A DNA stretch of 64,000 nucleotides, taken from positions 1 through 64,000 of IMG/VR virus record IMGVR_UViG_3300042691_029560. One strand, written 5' to 3'. Positions within the stretch are counted from its first letter, which is position 1. The number at the start of each line of letters is the position of its first letter. The position numbers and the translations under genes are program-made. Origin of the DNA: a virus. This document shows positions 41,201 through 49,508 of this stretch, piece by piece. A model generated the notes under the pieces. It searched no databases, was not told where the DNA came from, and saw only the letters and a program-made list of their open reading frames with translations.

Positions 41201-44200
41201 GAGCTTTTTGTTGTTGAAGATCTCGGATTTCATCTCTATTATCAGATTTATCAATTTTACCCTGAAGAATATCTTCAGCTTCTTTGACAGCTCGATTTAC
41301 TTTATCACGTATTGGCTTATTAGCTGCTTTAGGAGTAAAATCAATTCTACCCTTTGGATAGTTTGTCCAAGCATAGTTTTTAGCTGGCTCTTCGCCACCA
41401 GGACGTTGAGCAAAGCCTTCACCTTCAGAGCCAAAACCAATCTCGTTTAGCCAGTGATCATTGTTCTGATCCTCAGCCCAGGTGTTCATTTCTGCGTCAA
41501 GAACATAGTCATGATAGTTATAAGGTTTCTCAATCATACGTTTGAACTCAGATGGGCTTGCATTTATAGCTTCAGCAGCATTCGCAATTTTGTAGAAGTA
41601 TTCAGCAGGATTTGTACGAGCTAAATTGTCTAGGTAGTTTTCATTTAGCTCTTTAATTTCCTGAGCAGCTTCGTAGTCTTCATCATCCTCGTCTAGACCG
41701 CCGTCTTCAATAAAAGCATACTTCTCAACAAGTCTCTTAGCTAGAGCTTTGTTCTTTGCTCTAACTTCTGGGCTTGGTCCGTTTCCAGGTGCTTGACCAA
41801 AGCCTCCGTAATCAAGATCGGCAGCGTAATCCTCTGCGTCCTGATTTACTTCCATACTGTTGTAGTAATTAAGTTTTTCGTTAGCAAATGCTAGAGCTTC
41901 TCCCTTAGTGTCGAAGGTCTTAGAGCCTTCGTCAAACGGCAACTCTCCTCTAGATTTGTCCATGTGAATGAACTGGTGGTTTACTTCCCACTTACCGTCA
42001 TTGGTAGGGTTGACTTCAATTTGACCTGGCTCACCAAAAGTAGTGCTAAGAGAACCGTCGTCACTCGTAATCAATTTGGAATTGTTTATAGGAGTATATT
42101 TTCTGCCAGGTTCTTGAGCGAAACCTCCGGACTCAAGATCAGCGGCGGCATCTTCTGCATCTGAGAATACCTTGTCACCGTTGTAGTAGTCTAGTTTTTC
42201 GTTAGCAAATACAAGAGCTTGCTTTATAGAATCAAACTTCTGAGAACCTTCGTCAAATGCAAACTCATTTCCAGAGCGTGCCATGTGGTTGTACGCGTGG
42301 CTTACTTCCCATTTACCGTCATCAGTAGGGTTGACTTCAATTTGCTTGTTAGAAGTTGGACTAGTACTGTAACCACGATTGCTAGTTGGCTGTAACACTT
42401 CTGGTTTGCCAGTTGCTTGAGCGAAGCCAGCTGCAGGAGATTCTCCGTTAGCGTCTCTAAGAGCTCGATCAATAGCCTCAACAGCGTCTTGTTTAGCCTT
42501 AAGTGGGTCACCAAACCCTAAGTTAGCTTTATCAATGTCTTCGATTGCTTGTCTAATTTCATCTTCGTAGTCTGGAACAATGTCTACAGGCTTACCATCG
42601 AAGGTGACCACAAGGAAATTACCGTCAGGATCTCCTTCTACGACTACCTTTAGGCGTCCGTCTGCAGAAGTAAAGTTTCCGCTTCTATCCCAGAGATCAG
42701 GATTGTCAGCTGCCTTACGGTCAATCTTAGGAGTGTAGCTAATTGAAAGATCTGCACTCTTGCCAACCTCAGCAAGAAGCTTGCCCATCTCGCCTTTGGT
42801 TAGGGCCTTGTTAGCAACGGCTTCTTCAACCATATCGCGAACGTCGGTTGGAAGTTTTTCACCTTGGTTATCTAAGATACCCTGAAGCTTGTTGTACTGT
42901 AGGGAGCTAGCTGGGTCTTTAGTCCAGGCTGGTGGCTCGTCGCCAGGTTCTTGAGCAAAACCGCCCATCTCGTCTGGAGACTTTCTAGCGTTTCCTTCAA
43001 GTTCTGAGAACAGACGTTCGCCGTCTTCAAGTGCCTTGTCTAGATTATCTGTAGGTTCACCCTGGCCCATAATTTCACCATTACGGTTGTAGGCGATAGG
43101 GGTAATCATACCCTTGTCTTTTTCTAGACGTACAATTCCACCATCTTCTGTTTCTGCAGTAGCAGCAAAGAAAATATCACTATCTGGATATAGAAGGAAT
43201 TTTCCGCGTTTATTTGAAGACTCACCAGGCTTTTGATCAAATCCACCGGTTTGCTTCTTTAGGAATTTGTCAACTAAAACACCTACGTCTTTTGCTAGGT
43301 CTGCTGAATCGTAGCCCCAACCAATGTAAGGAAGCTCACCAACCCATTCGCCATCGTAAGATACAGAAATACGAGATAGGTTTGTACCACCAAATCCCAT
43401 GTCTGGTTCTCCATCTGCCATTGACTCAAGAGTCAATCTTCCATCTGGAGACTTGTAGGTAGCGTCATTACCGCCTTCAGGATCTCCGAACCAGTGGCTT
43501 AGGTTGGCAATGTGAGCCTCGTCAACTCCACCAGCTTGGCCGGCTGATTGGGAGAATCCTTCGATATCATCGGTTCTTTCACCGTACTTGATATTCGGTC
43601 CGCCTCTAAGAAGTTCTTTAAGATCCGAAACAATTTCTTCTGCTTCTCTTTCAACACCTTCAGGCTCCATGTCTGGGTATCGAGAACTATCGTCAACTAA
43701 AACAAAATTCTGTACGTAGCCAATTGGTTTTCCATCATAACTAACTTCCCAGTCTCCACCTTCTACATAGGCAGAAGCAGCTCCTTTATTGGTTTCATAG
43801 TCATAATCACCAGATTTGTCTACATATTTTATTTCAAGTTTTCCGTCCTTAGACTTCCACTCGTCTCTAAAATCAAAACTACTGTCAAGTTCACCAGAAT
43901 AGTCTTTGGCTAAGTTACGTCGCTTAGGACTGCTATTAAGGTGCTTTGAGATTACATTCTCAATTTCATCAGCATAGTCGTCAATATCCATGAGCTCGAT
44001 TGGTTGAGAGTATGGTCTATCGATGTATCTAACAGGCTGTCCATCTTCTAGATCTATAGTATATTTTTCCCCATCAACAGATACTTCTAGATAAGATGTA
44101 TCGACTGCAGGATCATCTGCATAATAGCCAGCATCAGCGTCTCGGACGTAAGTAATCTTAATTCTTCCATCTCTAGAAACCCAGGTACGGTCCTTAAATG

Positions 44201-47200
44201 CTTCGGCAGACCAGTTGGCGTCTTTAAATGCGTCTACTGGAAGCTTATATTTTAGAGGCTCATCTTCTCCAGGCGCTTGAGCAAAACCTTCAATGTCATC
44301 TTGACCAGGAAGATCTGCTAGAGAAATGTCATTTGCAGCCTTTTCTGCTGCACCAATGCTCTTGAAGTTTGATGACGCACCTAGTTCGCCACCATCCTGA
44401 GAAATTGGAGTTACGTCCCAGGTACCATCGCCCTTAGGTGTGTAACGCATCATCAAACCTTCAGAGTTTTTCTTCAATAGGTTTGGACTTGCGTCTTCCC
44501 AGCCGTTGGTGTCTGGCATACCCTTTAGACGAGTAATGAGATCTGAAGCTTCATCCTTGGTCATCTTTGGAAGACGCTTGCTTAGATCAGCGGCTTCTTT
44601 AGCAGGAAGACCCTTAGAAATTAGACCACGGCGGATAGACGCTAGTTGTCTATCTGAAGGTACGTTGGTGTCAACGGCCTTTCGCATCTCACCAATTACG
44701 GCACCAATTTCGCCCTTAGTTGCTTCTTTGTTTGCAAGAATATCTTGCATAGACTTACGAAGTTCTTCTGGAAGTTTGTCACCCTGCTTTTCTAGGATGT
44801 TAGCTACGAATCCACGCTGGGCATCGGTTGCTGGGTCAGAAGATTTTCCACCCGGTTCTTGACTGAAACCAGGCATTTGATCATAACCTTCAAAGCCATC
44901 AACGTCATAGTAATCCCGATCATTTGATTTAGCTTGAGCGTTACCAAAAGCTTCGTCAAGCGCACCTATTTTTCCGTCTTCACCTTCACCATAGTTTTTA
45001 GGGTCATAGCCATCACTAAACTCGCGCTCTTTGTCACCACCAAATGGACTTTTAACGAGACTACCACCTACAACATCAACAGTACCGTCGGAATACTGAG
45101 TTATCTCAGCTGAACCGGCGTCACCTTCGTAGAACCAAACACGTTTTCCTGCTGCTTTATCGGATTCAGACGTTATTTCTTTGAAGTCTTTTCCGTAAGC
45201 CTTAACAAGATCGTCAACGGTATTAATTTCTGGTTCATTGCCAGGTGCTTGATAGAAGCCATCTCTTTCCCAGTCTTCAGGACCCTCTGGTGGCTCTGGT
45301 GGATCGTAGTCACTCTCTCCAGCACCAAATATACCTGCAATATCGTCCATGGAAGAGCCCAAAGGAAGTGACTCATAACTAGTGTCTACATCTTGACTAG
45401 GTGGCTCATCCCAGCCTCCAGGATTGTATTTACCGGCAGTATATTGAGTTAATTCGGCTGCTCCACCAGGATAAATTTCTAGTTCTGCGTACTTGTAGTT
45501 ATCTTCACTACCTAATGTTAGAAATATCACACCATCATCATCAGGGAATACATCTCCTGAATACCCGTATTCCTCTGCAAGATTTTTAATAGCAGCTAAC
45601 TCTTCATCAGAATAAAAAGAACTCTCAGAAGACCCATTTTCATAGTCGTCATATTTTTTAAGTTGAGCAGCGATTACATCGTGGTACTTAGCGTATTCAG
45701 GGTCCTCTAGCAAAGATTTCATTGCTTCTGCATCTAAATCCTTGAAAGACGTAAATACTTTAGCTTTTAATCCACGGTTGTACTTAATTTGCTCAATTTT
45801 GGCCTCGCGAGCCTTTTTTACATCTGACTTAAGTGGTTCTAAGCCATCTTTTTCACGTTTTTTATTTTTTGGAAATGCAAAGATTCCTTCTATATCATTC
45901 TGGGATCTTAAGTTATAACCATACTCACTGCTTAAAACACCAACACCAATGGTGTCTCCACTGTAGTACCTTTTACCAGCATTTTCTCCTTCGGTAATAT
46001 TTATTTCAAAATTACTCGGGTTAGGATTATTTTCTTGTCCACTCCAAGGCGTATATACAATCTCGTGGCCATAAGCTGACCATTTTCTAATGCCTTTGGC
46101 AGCATCTTCGGGGGTGGTAACTTCTACTGCATCATACTTTTTTGCAAAATCGTCAAGATTAATATTCTCCCCACCAGGTGCTTGATCATAGCCATAAAAA
46201 TCGCGATTGTCGCGATCCTCGTCGTATGTGTCTGGCTCATCATCAGAATTATCGTAGTTTTCATAACCCTCATCCATCAGTCCAGCTAAGTCGTCTAAGC
46301 TAGAACCGGCTGGAATACTATTTCCATCACTTCTAACGTCAGCATCTGCTGGGCTATCCCAGGATGCTGCATAACGCTTTGCAACATAAAAGTTTTCTAG
46401 GTCTGCGGATCCATCTGCACGTACAATTAGCTCAGCCCATGCGTCTCCAGCGTCATCGCCTTTTACTAGAGATATATATGGTTCTTCTCCTAAATATTCA
46501 CCTCTAGGTAAGCCGTAACCAAACTCATCCATTAATTTTTGAATATCCTCGAGTTCTTTATTTGTCCAGTACGGGCTATCAGCTTCCCCTGCTTCATATG
46601 CCTTTGCTTTTTCTAACTGCTTACTAGCATAATCATGATGTGCCGCATATTCAGGATTGTCGAGTACTGACTGGATCTGCTCAATAGATCCAGTATTAAT
46701 TCCACGATATGCGCGAATTTCAGCTACATCTTTAGGGGATATTCTTTGAGCTTTTGATACGAGCTCTTCCGCATTTGCAATTGCACGATCTTTTAGTTCG
46801 GTGCTTTCATATGCTGCGTTTTTCTTGTTTTCCAGATTTTTTTGTAGTGCTTCTACGTCGCCAAATCGAACAGCTTTTTGTCGATCGTAATATGATTCAA
46901 AATTATTGTAGAATTTAGGATCACCGTATTCAAAAACACCATAGTCGTACTCTTTCTCACCAGGAGCTTGCTCGAAGCCTTCATTATTTTCTAATAGATC
47001 CTTAGGAGATAGTTTTTTATTTCTGCCAGGTTCTTGAGCGAAGCCCTTAGCTGGCTGCTGTTTGCGTAGACGTGCTTTTGCTTTTGGAGCCTTACCCTTA
47101 CCAGAGTCATTATCTGCGGCAAGCTTTTGAAGGTTTGCCCATTCCTGAGCGTAGCCAACAAAATCTCCAAATTCATCTGACAAAGAAAGTACAGGTTTGT

Positions 47201-48290
47201 TTGAATCATATGAGCCATCAGGACCAGCACCAATAAATTTTGAGCCCGAAGGTGCTTGCTCGCCGGATGGAAGAGTTGAAACAGAGTAGCCGTCTGCAGA
47301 CGTAAAGGTGCCATCACCATTGTCAGTCCAACCAGTTGGAGCAGACTTGCGGTTTGCTAGAAGTTCTTGTAGTGGAATTGCGTAACGTGAGTTTTTAGAG
47401 TCTGCCTTAAATGCTGGAGCTTCTCCAGTTCTAAGAATAGCTTTTAGACCTTCTACCTTAGATGCAGGAACAGAATAGATACCTGATGGAAGATCGGCTC
47501 CTCCTCCAGAAATTTCAACTTCAATCCTGTCGCTGTCTTGTGGGTTACCAGCAAACTTACCAACGAACGACTTAATCATGTCGCCAATCATGGCAAATAT
47601 ACGAGATCCACCACCCATCTCAGCAAATCGACCCTTACGGTCACGACGTTGCAACTTGGCACGTGCAGAACGTGCTGCTGAAGAGTTATTTCCAGCGAAT
47701 GGGTTTCCGATACCAAAAGCAGCGGTAATTGCTTGAATCTTAATGTCTGCTGGAACAGAAGCAGTTAGTGCCTCTAGACGTGCAGCAGCGTAGATGCTCT
47801 TGCTACTTCTTGGCTGTTGAACAAATGCCTCAAAGACTGCTTTACGTACAGACTCGTCAGTGATGCGTGGGTCGTAGGAAACCCAAGCAGCATTACGGAC
47901 GCGACGTGCAGATGCAGTAATCGGGCCAACGGTTTTTGTTGAGTACGGGTGAGCACTAGGGAGTAGGTCCCTAAACTCTACTACCGGAGCTTTATTGGAA
48001 GCCGGACCGTCGATAGCGTAGTCAACAAAATTGGTTACTTCACGCGCAGCGTGGAAGAAAATGTCTCGAGGGTCTTCGATGTCTAGTTTGCTTGCAATGT
48101 AACGATCTGTGTAGTTAAGAACGTCTTTTAGTGCTACTTGTCTTACCGAGGCAACTAACGCGTTTCTTTCAACAACGTAGTTTATAACGCCTCTCTTAAA
48201 GATCTGCTCACTCTCGGTGACAGTTATTTCTAGATCTTTTTCACTTAAGCTCTCTAGAGCAGCAACTAGGGGATTCAAATTTTCACTCAC
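38265..48290 (-). CDS. Giant acidic modular head-module protein (3341 aa), N-terminal part of the polyprotein
   Basis: Long ORF between Dps and the protease; 18 G[FY]xQxPG-like linkers separating duplicated D/E-rich modules. Confidence 0.88.
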   Translation of the reverse strand: MSENLNPLVAALESLSEKDLEITVTESEQIFKRGVINYVVERNALVASVRQVALKDVLNYTDRYIASKLDIEDPRDIFFHAAREVTNFVDYAIDGPASNKAPVVEFRDLLPSAHPYSTKTVGPITASARRVRNAAWVSYDPRITDESVRKAVFEAFVQQPRSSKSIYAAARLEALTASVPADIKIQAITAAFGIGNPFAGNNSSAARSARAKLQRRDRKGRFAEMGGGSRIFAMIGDMIKSFVGKFAGNPQDSDRIEVEISGGGADLPSGIYSVPASKVEGLKAILRTGEAPAFKADSKNSRYAIPLQELLANRKSAPTGWTDNGDGTFTSADGYSVSTLPSGEQAPSGSKFIGAGPDGSYDSNKPVLSLSDEFGDFVGYAQEWANLQKLAADNDSGKGKAPKAKARLRKQQPAKGFAQEPGRNKKLSPKDLLENNEGFEQAPGEKEYDYGVFEYGDPKFYNNFESYYDRQKAVRFGDVEALQKNLENKKNAAYESTELKDRAIANAEELVSKAQRISPKDVAEIRAYRGINTGSIEQIQSVLDNPEYAAHHDYASKQLEKAKAYEAGEADSPYWTNKELEDIQKLMDEFGYGLPRGEYLGEEPYISLVKGDDAGDAWAELIVRADGSADLENFYVAKRYAASWDSPADADVRSDGNSIPAGSSLDDLAGLMDEGYENYDNSDDEPDTYDEDRDNRDFYGYDQAPGGENINLDDFAKKYDAVEVTTPEDAAKGIRKWSAYGHEIVYTPWSGQENNPNPSNFEINITEGENAGKRYYSGDTIGVGVLSSEYGYNLRSQNDIEGIFAFPKNKKREKDGLEPLKSDVKKAREAKIEQIKYNRGLKAKVFTSFKDLDAEAMKSLLEDPEYAKYHDVIAAQLKKYDDYENGSSESSFYSDEELAAIKNLAEEYGYSGDVFPDDDGVIFLTLGSEDNYKYAELEIYPGGAAELTQYTAGKYNPGGWDEPPSQDVDTSYESLPLGSSMDDIAGIFGAGESDYDPPEPPEGPEDWERDGFYQAPGNEPEINTVDDLVKAYGKDFKEITSESDKAAGKRVWFYEGDAGSAEITQYSDGTVDVVGGSLVKSPFGGDKEREFSDGYDPKNYGEGEDGKIGALDEAFGNAQAKSNDRDYYDVDGFEGYDQMPGFSQEPGGKSSDPATDAQRGFVANILEKQGDKLPEELRKSMQDILANKEATKGEIGAVIGEMRKAVDTNVPSDRQLASIRRGLISKGLPAKEAADLSKRLPKMTKDEASDLITRLKGMPDTNGWEDASPNLLKKNSEGLMMRYTPKGDGTWDVTPISQDGGELGASSNFKSIGAAEKAANDISLADLPGQDDIEGFAQAPGEDEPLKYKLPVDAFKDANWSAEAFKDRTWVSRDGRIKITYVRDADAGYYADDPAVDTSYLEVSVDGEKYTIDLEDGQPVRYIDRPYSQPIELMDIDDYADEIENVISKHLNSSPKRRNLAKDYSGELDSSFDFRDEWKSKDGKLEIKYVDKSGDYDYETNKGAASAYVEGGDWEVSYDGKPIGYVQNFVLVDDSSRYPDMEPEGVEREAEEIVSDLKELLRGGPNIKYGERTDDIEGFSQSAGQAGGVDEAHIANLSHWFGDPEGGNDATYKSPDGRLTLESMADGEPDMGFGGTNLSRISVSYDGEWVGELPYIGWGYDSADLAKDVGVLVDKFLKKQTGGFDQKPGESSNKRGKFLLYPDSDIFFAATAETEDGGIVRLEKDKGMITPIAYNRNGEIMGQGEPTDNLDKALEDGERLFSELEGNARKSPDEMGGFAQEPGDEPPAWTKDPASSLQYNKLQGILDNQGEKLPTDVRDMVEEAVANKALTKGEMGKLLAEVGKSADLSISYTPKIDRKAADNPDLWDRSGNFTSADGRLKVVVEGDPDGNFLVVTFDGKPVDIVPDYEDEIRQAIEDIDKANLGFGDPLKAKQDAVEAIDRALRDANGESPAAGFAQATGKPEVLQPTSNRGYSTSPTSNKQIEVNPTDDGKWEVSHAYNHMARSGNEFAFDEGSQKFDSIKQALVFANEKLDYYNGDKVFSDAEDAAADLESGGFAQEPGRKYTPINNSKLITSDDGSLSTTFGEPGQIEVNPTNDGKWEVNHQFIHMDKSRGELPFDEGSKTFDTKGEALAFANEKLNYYNSMEVNQDAEDYAADLDYGGFGQAPGNGPSPEVRAKNKALAKRLVEKYAFIEDGGLDEDDEDYEAAQEIKELNENYLDNLARTNPAEYFYKIANAAEAINASPSEFKRMIEKPYNYHDYVLDAEMNTWAEDQNNDHWLNEIGFGSEGEGFAQRPGGEEPAKNYAWTNYPKGRIDFTPKAANKPIRDKVNRAVKEAEDILQGKIDKSDNRDEIRDLQQQKAQFGWAARSKQFKYLPQDGELAGLASDVQNAWDEQDKINKDLFSKSEEDANKILSALGAEDDGYFDSEKLSELAGDYDNEELSDLVQNAMSYNDDYLNGLAESDPYSYYNLIADMAVANGYNGREIKGAIEKPSRYHSEVLAYKLFLEADKESGFGPGEWFDTIGLNNGEDYDFFREDKSGGFAQEPGTGSDLLEEDPNALDLKSVDKVGGVVYKDANGNISDVRYGVYKNEDGTESNRWFAKYANPENRNGLGNTTSKSFNSPEAAEKWLRKQIADGNKKQNKEKTGGLSAKQMEPATPAQYALLQEYADERVPADDLTAQAITEALANKNLTKAQMSALIGPMRDAPFKPGVDPNKPSDRALQSLNSKLVTKDLTPEEVKDILDNLPNMNRAEVDALNDKLRRKKDRPETIGFAQEPGIPGEEQFNRDRAGDDFTESGPAEVAGEMDAYYNSLKGERIDELARRLDAANEDTFLMLDGDNLREMLAESDPDNPDNKKYGKDWAVEQSYMFASDLQDVVSRLRRDNSSDSSLADELDNLRDQVIKRIEDRAGIRAALRDPDDLRNLDLSDVEDEMATAREIYYSTDADKIAEAADDGYWGDYRSGGAEINIDNEPNENGKYEARITYGSDSGDSAYDRQEFDDRDDAIEWAANEAADYNSNLSQNFSEANLEKELSTAIENGTEQEFIDRMARLYEDFGDARVSDEFRYALSDFVDRAQRILDKKNRKKDQGGFAQEPGRKGTPVRDDKLSQNSDGGYTTDPYSDSQIEVWYKGDGEWEVDHSYQYMDKDAEFQYDEGSQTFGSKEEALAFANEKLDYYNSDLVDEDAENSRGYYDDVNDDSDGFSQEPGNAVVSPKMGEPATDAQYDYLKELGGNRDGIDPELATAIQDALSSKNLTKAQMGAMLGQLRALNPKAGVDTGKPTPRQLKRVKDLANSLGLTSAEKRKLGITNLNSKSADEIQRLIDTLKRRGANSPKA

Positions 48291-48380
48291 TTAGGAGTAC
48301 CTTCCTACTACAGGTATCGCGACTGTTTTATTGTAACAAACTTAGAAAAAGTTTATCGTATTATGTGTACTTTGATTAGT

Positions 48381-49499
48381 TTAACCGTGTACGAAATAGC
48401 CTAATGCAAATGCAAGAGCTGTATTAAATCCAGACTTGCCCTTAGACTGCCCGTAGATCCAAGCATCCTTGATCTGGCTAACGGCTTCATAGCCTTTTCC
48501 AGAGAATTCAGCAATATCTAGGACTGCATCATCATTACGCTTGTACTCGCCAGGCTTTCTAACAGTTACGGTTAGACCGTTTTTAACTGCAGCTGAAGCC
48601 ACAAGTGGGTCAATGCTTAGGGCCTTAGGGTGAGTATGAGGCAGCAAATCAGCGTCATCGGTTGAGAATGTTGTTAGCAACTTCTCACTACCAATCTGAG
48701 ACAAGAAGTTCTGTACTCGGCTAATTGCAAAGCGGTGGCGGGTTGTGCCTTCGGACATTTCACCAGCGTACTTTCTAGCTCCACGGCGGTAAACGGTCTT
48801 GCACTTAGCAAAAGTAGTCTTTAGGCCATCCTGAGCAGAAGCGTTGTAGTTGTCAACAAGTGATCGCAGCTCTGCTTCAACGTTGGTTGGAAGCACTAGT
48901 TCGCGAGAACGTCCAGATGCAAAGAATGCAGTTCCGTCTTGGTCATAACCATCTAGGAATGCAAGCTCGTCGTCCCAGCCGTCCTGAGAAATTGGAACTA
49001 TAGGAGACTCAACGTCAACAATCATAATTGTGCTAGTCGATGGGACCTGCATTCCTAGAGTTGCAGCCAACTGCCACTGCCACTTCTGGTGCATGTCTAT
49101 TCGCTCGGCAATAAAGTTTGCAACTCCCTGCTCATTGCAGCCATTTGCACAGTCAAAAGTCTGAACAAGGTGAGAGATAAGTTTACCGTTGACGTCAAGT
49201 AAAGACGAAACCATACGAGTCGGGTCGCTAGAGATTATCTTCTCTGGAACACAGGTCGCAAGGTCGTTGAACTCTGACATCATAAATGGAGCGTCAAAGC
49301 CGAGCTTGCGGATGTTCTCCGCCAGTGGGTCTAGCGATCCAGATACGTCTTCGTAAATGTCGCCAAAAAACTCGTGGAACTCTCTGAAGTCCATGCCTTT
49401 GACGTTCCAGTGATAGCCGTGAGAAACGTGATACATAACAGCAGCGTTTGCAAGTGCTGTAGATAGCTTGTCTCTTAGATCGGTTTTTGAGTGAGTCAT
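48381..49499 (-). CDS. dps: Dps/ferritin-like domain fused to a C-terminal phage domain
   Basis: H.YHWNVKG..F..FH.FF..IYE...D.LAE.IR.LG...HQKW.WQL Dps signature in the N-terminal ~150 aa; C-terminal VYRRG...RV.NF...DLLP..HP domain. Confidence 0.88.
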   Translation of the reverse strand: MTHSKTDLRDKLSTALANAAVMYHVSHGYHWNVKGMDFREFHEFFGDIYEDVSGSLDPLAENIRKLGFDAPFMMSEFNDLATCVPEKIISSDPTRMVSSLLDVNGKLISHLVQTFDCANGCNEQGVANFIAERIDMHQKWQWQLAATLGMQVPSTSTIMIVDVESPIVPISQDGWDDELAFLDGYDQDGTAFFASGRSRELVLPTNVEAELRSLVDNYNASAQDGLKTTFAKCKTVYRRGARKYAGEMSEGTTRHRFAISRVQNFLSQIGSEKLLTTFSTDDADLLPHTHPKALSIDPLVASAAVKNGLTVTVRKPGEYKRNDDAVLDIAEFSGKGYEAVSQIKDAWIYGQSKGKSGFNTALAFALGYFVHG

Positions 49500-49508
49500 C
49501 TTTTTACC

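Noticed and set aside
727-48000. Numerous plus-strand ORFs and nested minus-strand ORFs (e.g. 7237..7809, 15780..16502, 35684..36196)
   Set aside because: They are shadows of long minus-strand genes caused by codon bias; no recognisable motifs.
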